From sequence record DRR723986_21710: DNA of 64,000 nt. One strand, given 5' to 3'. Below are positions 38,964 through 48,406 of the stretch, one piece after another. Made by a program: the position numbers and the translations under genes. The first letter of the stretch is position 1, and every line of letters starts with the position of its first letter. The notes beneath the pieces are model-generated. The model worked only from the letters and a program-made list of their open reading frames with translations. It had not been told where the DNA came from and did no database searches.

Positions 38964-40514
38964 GTTTTTCTTACTAGTATCCTCAACGGTTTGAATCACC
39001 GTGGGAACAAATTTATTTTTTGTGAGAATCTGACCATTCGCAAAATCAATCAATATCTCTTCGTAGGCCAAAGGCAGAATGACTTCGCCAGCTTCATCAA
39101 TGATACCCGAAAGTCCATTTTTTTGAGCTACAATGAAATTCTTTCGCTCTCTTCGTAGTGCTTCAAATTCTGCAGGAATAACAACTGTACCTTCACTGTC
39201 CAGAAGACCAGTTTTGCCTGATTGCTCTATCATGAAATATCCATCGCTGGTTCGGTAAATATGGTCATAGCCATCTGTATTCACAGCTGAGCCGAACGTG
39301 TTCAAAAGGAAATATTTGCTGTTTGCTTTTGCTATCGCAAATCCTTTCTGAAAAGGCTTGATCTCTTCCCAAACAGCGTCGGATATCAGCTCGCCGGTAG
39401 AATTGATCAGTCCCCAGTTTAAGCTTGATTTATAAGCCGCAATATTCTCTGAGAATAATGTCGTTTCCACATACTGAGGTTTGATGACCCAAGTGCCTTT
39501 GGAATTAACGAAACCATACGCACCTTTAGATTTTGCAGGGAAAAGCCCTTCGCTGCCCCGTTTAATTTCTTCTACATCAAGCATAGGTTGTACCAACCAT
39601 CCTTTTTTACCTAGCAATCCTAATTTATCGTCACGAAAATAAACTGCATACAAGTCTTTACCAGTTTTTTCCACTTTAGTCATACCTACATCATCCAGCA
39701 AAATCCCGTCGTCTTCCATCACACGACGAAGTTTGCCGTGAATGTATTCCAGCATGATATCATTTTCGAAAGTGATCTTATGAAATGAATTGTATCGAAT
39801 GTTTGATTTGATGTCATTTCCTTCGATTAGTAAATACTGATCTTGGTTAAATCCATAAAAGAAATTACCGTGAGTGTGCTCTAATGTTTGAATGATAGGC
39901 TCCAAAACGTAGTTACCTTCTCTATTGATCAATCCAAAACCACTAGATTCTTTAGCCAAGACAAACTCGCCTTCATTATCTGAGAGTAAATCGAAAACCT
40001 TATCAGGATTGGAAGATAAGGGCATAGAATATTCACTTCCCTTTCGCACAATGATCAAACCTGTATTGGTGATTTTGGCTTCATCTAATTCCCCGAGATA
40101 GGTGGTTTTGTTTTTTCCTCGCTCAAACAACCAATACTCATTCCCTTTATTTGCCAAAAGCATATTGAAGTAGGTTTGGATTTTTTCGTATTCCAATGGC
40201 AAAACCTGCTGCCCATATTCATGAAATGCTCCGATTCCTTTTGGTCCTTTGACAAGAATCCATGGCTCCAGATATTGATACACTTCAGTTCCTACTAAGG
40301 AAACGGCCGGCCTCAAGTCAGTAGAGAGCAAAGAAAGTTCATTCCCTTTTTTACCAATTTTCACTGTTTCACTCAGCAGATCAATGTTATCATAAATCAG
40401 GCGTGACTGTAGCTGAATATTGGTGTTATATACCTCCCAGGATTGAGAATGAGCAACTTTAGATATAGAAAAAGTAAGAAAGAGGCTTACGATTAACGTA
40501 AAATTTTTATGCAT
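38949..40514 (-). CDS. WG-repeat-containing secreted protein
   Basis: Repeated (F/Y/W)G(L/F)IN.xG..VI.P.Y units; likely start ATG 40514 with signal peptide. Confidence 0.85.
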   Translation of the reverse strand: MHKNFTLIVSLFLTFSISKVAHSQSWEVYNTNIQLQSRLIYDNIDLLSETVKIGKKGNELSLLSTDLRPAVSLVGTEVYQYLEPWILVKGPKGIGAFHEYGQQVLPLEYEKIQTYFNMLLANKGNEYWLFERGKNKTTYLGELDEAKITNTGLIIVRKGSEYSMPLSSNPDKVFDLLSDNEGEFVLAKESSGFGLINREGNYVLEPIIQTLEHTHGNFFYGFNQDQYLLIEGNDIKSNIRYNSFHKITFENDIMLEYIHGKLRRVMEDDGILLDDVGMTKVEKTGKDLYAVYFRDDKLGLLGKKGWLVQPMLDVEEIKRGSEGLFPAKSKGAYGFVNSKGTWVIKPQYVETTLFSENIAAYKSSLNWGLINSTGELISDAVWEEIKPFQKGFAIAKANSKYFLLNTFGSAVNTDGYDHIYRTSDGYFMIEQSGKTGLLDSEGTVVIPAEFEALRRERKNFIVAQKNGLSGIIDEAGEVILPLAYEEILIDFANGQILTKNKFVPTVIQTVEDTSKKNKKGA

Positions 40515-40548
40515 TTGTATGTAGTTTTTTCGGAATGGTCCTAAAGGT

Positions 40549-40587
40549 AAAATGACCAAAGGTTTGATTCAATCCTTTGGTCATTTT
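40549..40587 (-). terminator. Terminator hairpin after hemA
   Basis: AAAATGACCAAAGG...CCTTTGGTCATTTT, 14-bp stem. Confidence 0.75.
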
Positions 40588-40608
40588 TATTAGATAAGTT
40601 AGCGATAA

Positions 40609-41877
40609 CTACTCTGTTTTTACTCTTTCTAGATCAAACAGATCGGATATGATTTGGATCATTTCCTCTGCTTGATCACGCTGGCATGCGGCCCGAAGTT
40701 GTACCACTGGTACTTTGAGGACTTTTTGCATCATGCTTTTGGTGATTTTGTCAATCACGGCATATTCTTTTTTATCCGCATTTTTCATAAATCTCGCCAT
40801 TTCCTCCTGACGGATTTGTTCCAAAGATTGCTTAAGCTTATTGATAGTAGGAGAAGCGATCATTTCCTTTTTCCAATCGAAAAACTCTTTGATGCTTTCT
40901 TCTATTATTTCTTCTACCCTTGGAACTGAAGCCAATCTTTTTTCCAGTGTCTCAGATGCCTTACTTCTGATGTTATCTACATTATATAGTATTACGCCTG
41001 GTACGTCTTCAACGGATGTTTCTATACTTCTCGGCACAGAGAGATCCACTAGTAATTTGTAGCTATTGATCTGAAATTTCTTCACCAATTCCTTAGTGAT
41101 AAATGGCTCAGAACGCTGAATAGACGATACGATTACGTCAGCTTCTTCCATTGCGTCCAAACAATTCTCAAAAGGCACGACTTCGAAGCCCATTTCTGCA
41201 GCAATTGGCTCTGCTTTGGATAAGGTTCTATTCGTGATTTTGACTTTTGCGGATGGGAGATGAACCATGTTTTTAGCCACATCCTCACCGATTTCGCCGA
41301 CACCGATTAATAGAATTCTTGGTTCGAAGGTGTTCGAAGTTAAGCTTTCAATCAATTCAATGGCTGCATAAGACAAAGATGCAGCTCCATCTCGGAATGC
41401 TGTTTCCTGCACTATGCGCTTATTGGTGAAAAAGACCGTGTGCATCAAACGATGAAGAAATGGTCCTGTCACATCCAGATCCGCAGATGCCTGATAGGCT
41501 CTTTTGATCTGATTTGATATTTGAATATCACCTACGACTTGAGCTTCCAGACCCATGGAAACACGAAACAAATGTCGAATTGCAGCGCGATCATCATTTA
41601 TGACCTCAAAATACTCCAGGTAATTAACGATATCAACCAGTCCTTTTTCAAGCCCTATTAGCTTGATAAGCTCCGTACTGATATCTTGATCATGACTGTA
41701 GTATACCTCCGTTCTGTTACAAGTGGAAAGTATTAATGTGTCATTTAAGTTAAAAAAGTCTTTGATTTTCAGCAAGATACCGTGTACGGCCTTTTCGTCT
41801 AGAGAAATGATTTCTCTGATTTGAACAGGTGCATTTTTGTGGGATAAACTGAGGGCTCTAAAATTGACTTGCATCAT
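40609..41877 (-). CDS. hemA: Glutamyl-tRNA reductase
   Basis: SHKNAPV, LSTCNRTEVY, HLFRVSMGL, GVGEIG, DLSVPR. Confidence 0.95.
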   Translation of the reverse strand: MMQVNFRALSLSHKNAPVQIREIISLDEKAVHGILLKIKDFFNLNDTLILSTCNRTEVYYSHDQDISTELIKLIGLEKGLVDIVNYLEYFEVINDDRAAIRHLFRVSMGLEAQVVGDIQISNQIKRAYQASADLDVTGPFLHRLMHTVFFTNKRIVQETAFRDGAASLSYAAIELIESLTSNTFEPRILLIGVGEIGEDVAKNMVHLPSAKVKITNRTLSKAEPIAAEMGFEVVPFENCLDAMEEADVIVSSIQRSEPFITKELVKKFQINSYKLLVDLSVPRSIETSVEDVPGVILYNVDNIRSKASETLEKRLASVPRVEEIIEESIKEFFDWKKEMIASPTINKLKQSLEQIRQEEMARFMKNADKKEYAVIDKITKSMMQKVLKVPVVQLRAACQRDQAEEMIQIISDLFDLERVKTE

Positions 41878-41947
41878 ACTTAAGCTTGGGCTACAAATTT
41901 AACAGACATACACACGGGAAGTGCCCATTTTGTGGAAGGATCTGTTA

Positions 41948-41966
41948 ATTTGGAATCTATCTAAAT
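41948..41966. promoter_or_regulatory. 7-5-7 palindrome upstream of the hemA promoter, candidate metal/iron-responsive repressor box
   Basis: ATTTGGA-ATCTA-TCTAAAT; hemA -7 box TAAATTTG on minus strand at 41901-41894. Confidence 0.45.
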
Positions 41967-42070
41967 AAGATAGTTCTCTTTTTTCAAATTTATTTGAGCT
42001 ATTGAAAACTTAATCTAAAACTAGTAACTTATATTTAGTTGAATAGTTCCATCATTTTTTTTCAAGTACT

Positions 42071-42754
42071 ATGAACGCTAGATTTTTTTATTGGCTTAAA
42101 ATTTACCTGGGGTTTTCGAGAAAGGAATCACGAGGATTTGTGATGCTTATTCCAGTTTTGTTACTCTTGGTTTTATCTACTAGGATTCTAAAAGAACTTA
42201 GAAATGGCGCTGCTGAGGATTTCCATCTTCAGTATTTGGCAACATTGGATAGTCTAGAAGCTTCGGGAGTAGTCCTCGTGAGTTCTCCATACCCAGTTTT
42301 CAATCCTGAGGACACAATTATCAAAAAGTCAAATGAGAAGCAGCTCGATAACCTAAAGCGTATCCCGTTTTCAGAAGCTGACTCGGTATTATTACAGATA
42401 GTACCAGGTATTGGGCAAAGCACAGCAAGCAGAATTGTTAAGTTTCGGGAGAGTTTGGGTGGTCTTCACAGCAAAAATCAACTCACTGAAGTTTATGGCT
42501 TGAAACCAGAAACAATCGATGCCATCTGGGAGTATTTTGATTTTTCACCTGCTATTTTTAAAAAAGTAAAAATCAATCAAGTTGAAGTCGATGAGCTTGG
42601 CAAGCATCCTTATTTCAGTTATTCAGAATCTAAGGTTTTGATAGCTTTTCGTAAGCAGCATGGAAATTTTCATTCTTCGGATGATTTGAAACGAATCAAG
42701 ATTTTTAAAGAGGAATGGATAGATAAAATTTCCCCTTATTTAGATTTTGACTAG
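42071..42754 (+). CDS. Membrane-anchored helix-hairpin-helix (ComEA-like) DNA-binding protein
   Basis: FSRKESRG + TM; VPGIG..ASRIVKFRESLGG; second HhH (HPYF...FRKQHG). Confidence 0.85.
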   Translation: MNARFFYWLKIYLGFSRKESRGFVMLIPVLLLLVLSTRILKELRNGAAEDFHLQYLATLDSLEASGVVLVSSPYPVFNPEDTIIKKSNEKQLDNLKRIPFSEADSVLLQIVPGIGQSTASRIVKFRESLGGLHSKNQLTEVYGLKPETIDAIWEYFDFSPAIFKKVKINQVEVDELGKHPYFSYSESKVLIAFRKQHGNFHSSDDLKRIKIFKEEWIDKISPYLDFD

Positions 42755-42804
42755 GTCAATAAATCTACTTTTCCCAACTGAGCGATTTTCGCCATCTTTG
42801 ACAC

Positions 42805-43278
42805 ATGGATTCTAATCTGGATCAAATACAGTTACCTAAACTTAATCTCCCTCATTTCGAGCCTCACCTTCAAGAGAAAGGTGGAAGAATGTGGGTCTTT
42901 GATGCGCTTCGCAAAAAGCAATTAGTGCTCACGCCTGAAGAATGGGTTCGTCAGCACTGGGTTAATTTTCTGATCACTCAGCTGAAATTCCCAAAAGGGC
43001 TCTTAGCGTTGGAAAAGGGCTTAGTCTATAACAAACTTTTGAAACGTACAGATCTGGTGGTTTGGGATACCAATGGCAAACCCTATTTGCTGATCGAATG
43101 CAAGGCGCCTAAGGTTAAACTATCGCAAAAAACAATAGAGCAAGCATGCATGTACCATAAGGAATTAAAGACTCCTTTTTTGGTCATTAGCAATGGACTC
43201 CAGCATATTTGCCTGAGCTTTAATACCTCTACAGAGAAGTTTACTCAAGAGAAAACTTTCCCTGAACCTCCAGTTTAA
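42805..43278 (+). CDS. Stand-alone HsdR N-terminal-like (HSDR_N_2) PD-(D/E)xK protein
   Basis: LTPEEWVRQH, RTDLVV, LIECKAP, Q...Y, SNGL. Confidence 0.88.
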   Translation: MDSNLDQIQLPKLNLPHFEPHLQEKGGRMWVFDALRKKQLVLTPEEWVRQHWVNFLITQLKFPKGLLALEKGLVYNKLLKRTDLVVWDTNGKPYLLIECKAPKVKLSQKTIEQACMYHKELKTPFLVISNGLQHICLSFNTSTEKFTQEKTFPEPPV

Positions 43279-43343
43279 ATGCATTGTTGTAAATTTACCT
43301 GCGAGAAGTATCCTCGCAGTATCTGAAATCATATTATTTGAGT

Positions 43344-44057
43344 ATGTCCAAGAATTCTTCAATTCACCCCTGTGATCTTTGTGCCAGCCGGAAATTCTCC
43401 ATGTTTTCCGACCTTACAGAAGAGCAAGCCTGCAATATCTCGGACAATAAAAATATGATTTCACATCGCAAAGGGCAGATGCTTTATTACGAAGGAGCAA
43501 AACCTTTGGGCGTGTATTGTGTGAATTCCGGTGTGGTAAAAGTTTATAAAACTGCATCTAATGGCAAGGAGCAGATTATTCATCTAACTAATAAAGGCGG
43601 ACTTCTAGGTTATTCGGCTTTACTTGGGGAGGAAAATTACAGTAACTCAGCTATGGTGATTGAGGATGCCAAAATCTGTTTTATACCCAAAGAGTCTTTC
43701 CTCAAAACCGTCATTAGCAACGGACCATTTTTCACCAAACTCACCAAAGCGCTCAGCCATGAAATCGGAGTGATGGAAGAAAAGCTCGTAGATGCTTCGC
43801 AAAAGAGTATTCGTGAGCGTTTGGCATATCTACTTTTGCAACTTGCCAGCACCTATGGACTGGATGGATCAGAACCACAGCAGATTAATTTGGTGCTGAG
43901 TCGTGAGGAATTGGCAAGTTTAATTGGTACTGCTACAGAATCAGTTATTAGACTATTATCTGAATTCAAAAAAGATAAGCTTATCGAACTCAAAGGCAAG
44001 AAGATCATCATTTTGGATAAAAATGGATTAGTAAAGCTTTCTGATTTTTATGGCTGA
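43344..44057 (+). CDS. Crp/Fnr-family transcriptional regulator with FNR-like cysteines
   Basis: N-terminal CDLC, cNMP-binding fold (SGVVK...GKEQI), KICFIP, HTH LSREELASLIGTATESVIRLLSEF. Confidence 0.92.
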   Translation: MSKNSSIHPCDLCASRKFSMFSDLTEEQACNISDNKNMISHRKGQMLYYEGAKPLGVYCVNSGVVKVYKTASNGKEQIIHLTNKGGLLGYSALLGEENYSNSAMVIEDAKICFIPKESFLKTVISNGPFFTKLTKALSHEIGVMEEKLVDASQKSIRERLAYLLLQLASTYGLDGSEPQQINLVLSREELASLIGTATESVIRLLSEFKKDKLIELKGKKIIILDKNGLVKLSDFYG

Positions 44058-44093
44058 AATGAACAGCCACAAGGTTTTTGGAGTTGATGCAGT

Positions 44094-44603
44094 ATGAAAG
44101 TACTTATCACTCCCTTCTTTCTTGCCCTGATTTTAGTTGTAAGTATGTGGGCTATTTCACCCAAGGCTCATGCGCAATCCATAGCATATAAAGTTTTACT
44201 TTCTACACTTTACGATCCCGGTTTTCCAGTTTTAAAACCGGATCAGATAGAAGATTTAAATAAGTATCAAGTCCTCGATACCCGTGAAAAAGAAGAATTT
44301 GCTGTCAGTCATCTTGAGGGTGCAAACTGGGTGGGTTACGAAACTTTTTCAATGCAGAAATTGGCTTCGTTAGATAAAAATAAGCCCGTTTTAGTCTATT
44401 GCACTGTGGGAGCCCGATCTCAAGAAATAGGTAAGAAACTGAAAGAAGCGGGGTTTAGCGAAGTATACAATTTATATGGAGGACTGATAGAATGGGCAAA
44501 CGAAGAAAGACCAATTTTCCACGAAGGATCTCCCACAAATCAAGTGCATACCTATTCCAAATCCTGGGGTATTTGGTTGAATAAGGGAGAAAAGGTTTAT
44601 TAA
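44094..44603 (+). CDS. Secreted rhodanese-like domain protein
   Basis: Signal peptide; LDTRE..EF..SHLEGA, YCTVGARS, NLYGGLIEW. Confidence 0.92.
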   Translation: MKVLITPFFLALILVVSMWAISPKAHAQSIAYKVLLSTLYDPGFPVLKPDQIEDLNKYQVLDTREKEEFAVSHLEGANWVGYETFSMQKLASLDKNKPVLVYCTVGARSQEIGKKLKEAGFSEVYNLYGGLIEWANEERPIFHEGSPTNQVHTYSKSWGIWLNKGEKVY

Positions 44604-44693
44604 TTGCCATTTTTGGTCTTGTCCGCGACCTATTTCTATTTCTCTACATCTTTACTTGGGCTCTGATCGTAAATCAGTTCAAAACAATATCAA

Positions 44694-45458
44694 ATGAAAA
44701 ATCTAAAATCACATATAGTCGCCCTGCTGAGTATTATACTTTTTAGCTGTCAAAGTTCAGTCCCAGGAATGGCTGGAACCACTCCACCAAGTCATAAAGC
44801 TTGGAATGAATTGCTTAAGGCGAACGTGAGCGCGGATGGAAAGGTGAACTACAAGGGATTTATCAAAGAAAAAGCGAAACTTGAATCCTATGTGAAAAGT
44901 CTGAGTGAAAATGCTCCAGATCGTAATAATTGGTCAAAAGAAGAGCAATTGGCCTATTGGATCAATGCATATAATGCCTTCACAGTGAAATTAATTGTGG
45001 ATAATTATCCAGTGGAAAGCATCAAGGATCTTGGGCCAAAATTGAAGATCCCGATGATCAAAGATGTGTGGCATTACAAGTTTTTCTCAATAGGAGGCCA
45101 AGAATCCAGTTTGGATGAAATTGAGCATTCTATTTTGAGAAAAGAATTTGAAGAACCTAGAATCCACTTTGCGATTAATTGCGCTTCTGTTTCCTGTCCA
45201 CCATTGCTGAATGAAGCGTTCGAAGCCCAAACAATCGATTCCCAATTGGATAAAGTAGCCAAAGGGTTTATCAACGACTCCACTAAAAATAAAATCACCC
45301 CAAATGCTATTCAGATTTCTTCAATTTTCTCCTGGTTCAAAGGTGATTTCACCAAGAATGGGAGCCTAATTGACTTTTTAAATAAGTATAGTAAAGTCAA
45401 AATTAAGCCAGATGCAAAAGTGTCTCATTTGGATTATGATTGGAATCTGAACGAATAG
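44694..45458 (+). CDS. DUF547 domain lipoprotein
   Basis: Lipobox LFSC; LAYWINAYNA, SLDEIEH, EPRIHFAINCASVSCPPL, YDWNLN. Confidence 0.92.
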   Translation: MKNLKSHIVALLSIILFSCQSSVPGMAGTTPPSHKAWNELLKANVSADGKVNYKGFIKEKAKLESYVKSLSENAPDRNNWSKEEQLAYWINAYNAFTVKLIVDNYPVESIKDLGPKLKIPMIKDVWHYKFFSIGGQESSLDEIEHSILRKEFEEPRIHFAINCASVSCPPLLNEAFEAQTIDSQLDKVAKGFINDSTKNKITPNAIQISSIFSWFKGDFTKNGSLIDFLNKYSKVKIKPDAKVSHLDYDWNLNE

Positions 45459-45509
45459 AACCAAGTTTTTGGTAAATTTCAAATTGAGTCTTATTTCAAC
45501 CCCCAACCA

Positions 45510-46865
45510 ATGAGTTCAAATCGCCATGTGGTCATCATAGGCAATGGAATAGCAGGAATTACCTGTGCTCGCCAGCTACGGAAGCTCGATGATTCGGTAA
45601 GGATTACTGTGATTTCAGGTGAATCGAAGTACTTTTTCTCAAGAACAGCCTTGATGTATGTATTCATGGGCCACATGAAATTTGAGCACACTCAGCCTTA
45701 CGAGAATTGGTTCTGGGAGAAAAACAGAATCGAATTGAAAGAGGCCTGGGTCAAGTCAATTGACTTTACTGCTAAGACTCTTCTTTTCAAATCAGGAGAA
45801 AATTTGAGTTACGATGAGCTTGTAATTGCCACAGGTTCTAAGCCTAATAAGTTTGGCTGGCCTGGTGAGGATCTGCAAGGAGTGCAAGGTTTGTATTCCA
45901 AGCAGGATTTAGAGCTGATGGAGAAAAACACCCAATCCGGTATGGAACGTGCGGTGATCGTAGGAGGAGGCTTGATCGGTATTGAAATGGCCGAAATGCT
46001 TGCTTACAAGAAGATCCCGGTGACCTTTCTAGTAAGAGAAGCTGGTTTTTGGAATAATATCTTGCCAAAAGAAGAGTCAGAATTGGTAAGTCGCCACATG
46101 CGAGAGCATCATATCGATCTCAGACTAAAGGAGGAATTAGACGAGATTATCTCTGATCCAAATGCCCGGGTAAAAGCAATCAGAACGAAATCAGGAGAAG
46201 AAATCCAGTGCCAGTTTGTTGGATTGACTGCCGGTGTGACTCCAAATATAGATTTTTTAAGAAACACTGAATTGGAAGTCAATCGGGGAGTAAAAGTAGA
46301 TTTCGGCTTTCAGACCAATATTCCAAATGTGTATTCCATCGGTGATTGCGCCGAGTTTCATGAGGCACCGGCTGCAGACCGTAAGCAGGTGGAACAAGTT
46401 TGGTATACAGGAAGAATGCATGGGGAAACTTTAGGCTATATCTTGGCAGGTGAAAAGGTCAAATACCAGCCTGGGGTTTGGTTTAACTCAGCTAAATTTC
46501 TGGATATTGAATACCAGACCTACGGCACAGTCCCTGCGCAATGGGATTCCGAAAATGTGAAATCTTTTTATTGGGAGCACGCAGGAGGCAAAGTGGCTTT
46601 CCGAATGCTCATGGATAAGCAGAATAAAATTATTGGGGTAAATAATTTCGGTTTAAGACTTAGACATGAGTTTTTTGATCAGGCTATTAAAGAAAAGTGG
46701 GATGGAGCTAAGGTGATTTCCCAACTTGATAAAGCCAATTTCGATCCTGAGTTTTTCGCGCCTTATTATATTGAAATTCAAAAGGCTTTTAAAGACCAAG
46801 TCGGAGGAAATGTCAAAGTTTCCAAAAAATCATTTATCCAAAAACTATTCGGAGCAAGCGTATGA
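45510..46865 (+). CDS. NAD(P)/FAD-dependent oxidoreductase (ferredoxin/rubredoxin reductase-like)
   Basis: GNGIAG, IATGS, GGGLIGIE, YSIGDCA. Confidence 0.9.
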   Translation: MSSNRHVVIIGNGIAGITCARQLRKLDDSVRITVISGESKYFFSRTALMYVFMGHMKFEHTQPYENWFWEKNRIELKEAWVKSIDFTAKTLLFKSGENLSYDELVIATGSKPNKFGWPGEDLQGVQGLYSKQDLELMEKNTQSGMERAVIVGGGLIGIEMAEMLAYKKIPVTFLVREAGFWNNILPKEESELVSRHMREHHIDLRLKEELDEIISDPNARVKAIRTKSGEEIQCQFVGLTAGVTPNIDFLRNTELEVNRGVKVDFGFQTNIPNVYSIGDCAEFHEAPAADRKQVEQVWYTGRMHGETLGYILAGEKVKYQPGVWFNSAKFLDIEYQTYGTVPAQWDSENVKSFYWEHAGGKVAFRMLMDKQNKIIGVNNFGLRLRHEFFDQAIKEKWDGAKVISQLDKANFDPEFFAPYYIEIQKAFKDQVGGNVKVSKKSFIQKLFGASV

Positions 46866-48406
46866 AGATTATCCAGACTGTCGGTATAGGATTGTTTTTG
46901 ATTGGTTTAGCGATCTTCACAGTGATGCCCTTTTTAGGGAATTATACACTTACTGAAGAACAAGTTTTAGCTAATACAAAGGATATTCATCAGGAGAAAA
47001 TGGCTGAGATTCTTACGCCAATGTATGGTGAAACTTACTCTTCTAATTTCTCATTTATTGCAACTTTCAAAGAGAATTTCAACTCATATAATGATGCGCT
47101 GAAAGAGGAATCAAAGTGGGATGAGGTGATCTGGGATGATTACAGTTTTCCGCTAGCGCAAAGTTCTTTGAGTAGCCCTGTGAGGGATAATCCATGGCTT
47201 TTCTTCGGTTTATCAATCGGACTTGCGGTTTTGGGTGGCTTGATGTACAATCTTCCGAAGTATCAAGATGAACCTGCAGGAGTCAAAAATAACGGGATTT
47301 TCCATTCCTCAATGAAAAACCGTGGATGGATGGGAATGATAACTGGAGCGTATTTGATTCTTTTCTACATCATTTTGTATTGGTTTCCAGCCTATATCGT
47401 GAATCAAGTCTGGATGGTAACTCCGCTGAGTATGATTCTAAGTGGTAATCCTGCTAGTCAGTGGTTCCTCTACGGTACGATTTACACACTTGCAATCATC
47501 GTGATGGGAGTGCGGATGTTTAGAAAGTATAGAGGCAATAAGTACCAGCAACTTCGCACGGCATCGGTGATGTTTTTCCAGACAGCTTTTGCTTTTTTGA
47601 TCCCGGAAATTCTCGTTTTACTCAATCAGCCCTATTTTGATTTCAAAAACATCTGGCCACTTGATTACGATTTCTTCTACGATTATCAGATCGATACCTT
47701 TTTGAGTTCGGGTGGAGTTGGGATGTTTATGTTGATTTGGGGGATTTTGCTCATTGTAATTGGCGTACCGACTTTCACATATTTCTTTGGCAAAAGATGG
47801 TATTGCTCGTGGGTTTGCGGCTGTGGAGGATTAGCTGAAACGCTTGGTGATCCCTATCGCCAACTTTCTGACAAATCCTTGAAGGCTTGGAAATATGAGC
47901 GGGTTATTATTCACAGTGTTTTGGTTTTGGCGGTGCTGATGACGGCTTTGACCATAGCTAATTACTTTTCTGGTTTTGCGCTTTTGGGGAATGTCACGAA
48001 CCAATTACATTCGTTCTATGGTTTTGCGATTGGTTCGGTATTCGCGGGCGTGGTCGGAACTGGTTTTTATCCATTCATGGGCAACCGTGTTTGGTGTAGA
48101 TTTGGTTGTCCTTTGGCTGCTTATTTAGGCTTAGTTCAGCGCTTCAAATCTAGATTCAGGATCACCACAAACGGCGGTCAGTGTATCTCCTGTGGCAATT
48201 GCTCCACGCATTGTGAGATGGGAATTGATGTGCGCTGGTATGCACAAAGAGGACAGGAAATCGTCAGATCTAGCTGTGTAGGATGTGGCGTTTGCTCATC
48301 AGTTTGCCCGCGTGGGGTGCTGAAATTGGAAAATGGCTCAACAGAAAATCGAATCAACGAAATGCCAATAATTATTGGAAATGATTCCATCAAGATAAAT
48401 GCGTAA
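46862..48406 (+). CDS. Polytopic membrane 4Fe-4S protein (NapH/RdxA/CcoG-like)
   Basis: Multiple TM, YCSWVCGC, WCRFGCP, CISCGNCSTHC and CVGCGVCSSVCP. Confidence 0.9.
   Translation: MKIIQTVGIGLFLIGLAIFTVMPFLGNYTLTEEQVLANTKDIHQEKMAEILTPMYGETYSSNFSFIATFKENFNSYNDALKEESKWDEVIWDDYSFPLAQSSLSSPVRDNPWLFFGLSIGLAVLGGLMYNLPKYQDEPAGVKNNGIFHSSMKNRGWMGMITGAYLILFYIILYWFPAYIVNQVWMVTPLSMILSGNPASQWFLYGTIYTLAIIVMGVRMFRKYRGNKYQQLRTASVMFFQTAFAFLIPEILVLLNQPYFDFKNIWPLDYDFFYDYQIDTFLSSGGVGMFMLIWGILLIVIGVPTFTYFFGKRWYCSWVCGCGGLAETLGDPYRQLSDKSLKAWKYERVIIHSVLVLAVLMTALTIANYFSGFALLGNVTNQLHSFYGFAIGSVFAGVVGTGFYPFMGNRVWCRFGCPLAAYLGLVQRFKSRFRITTNGGQCISCGNCSTHCEMGIDVRWYAQRGQEIVRSSCVGCGVCSSVCPRGVLKLENGSTENRINEMPIIIGNDSIKINA

Noticed and set aside
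42805-43278. HsdR N-terminal domain suggesting a type I restriction-modification system
   Set aside because: Only 157 aa, no helicase motifs and no hsdM/hsdS nearby; stand-alone HSDR_N_2 genes are common in Bacteroidota
44663-44677. Canonical FNR box
   Set aside because: CTGAT-N5-ATCAG has the wrong spacing versus TTGAT-N4-ATCAA; kept only as a speculative site in the regulator finding
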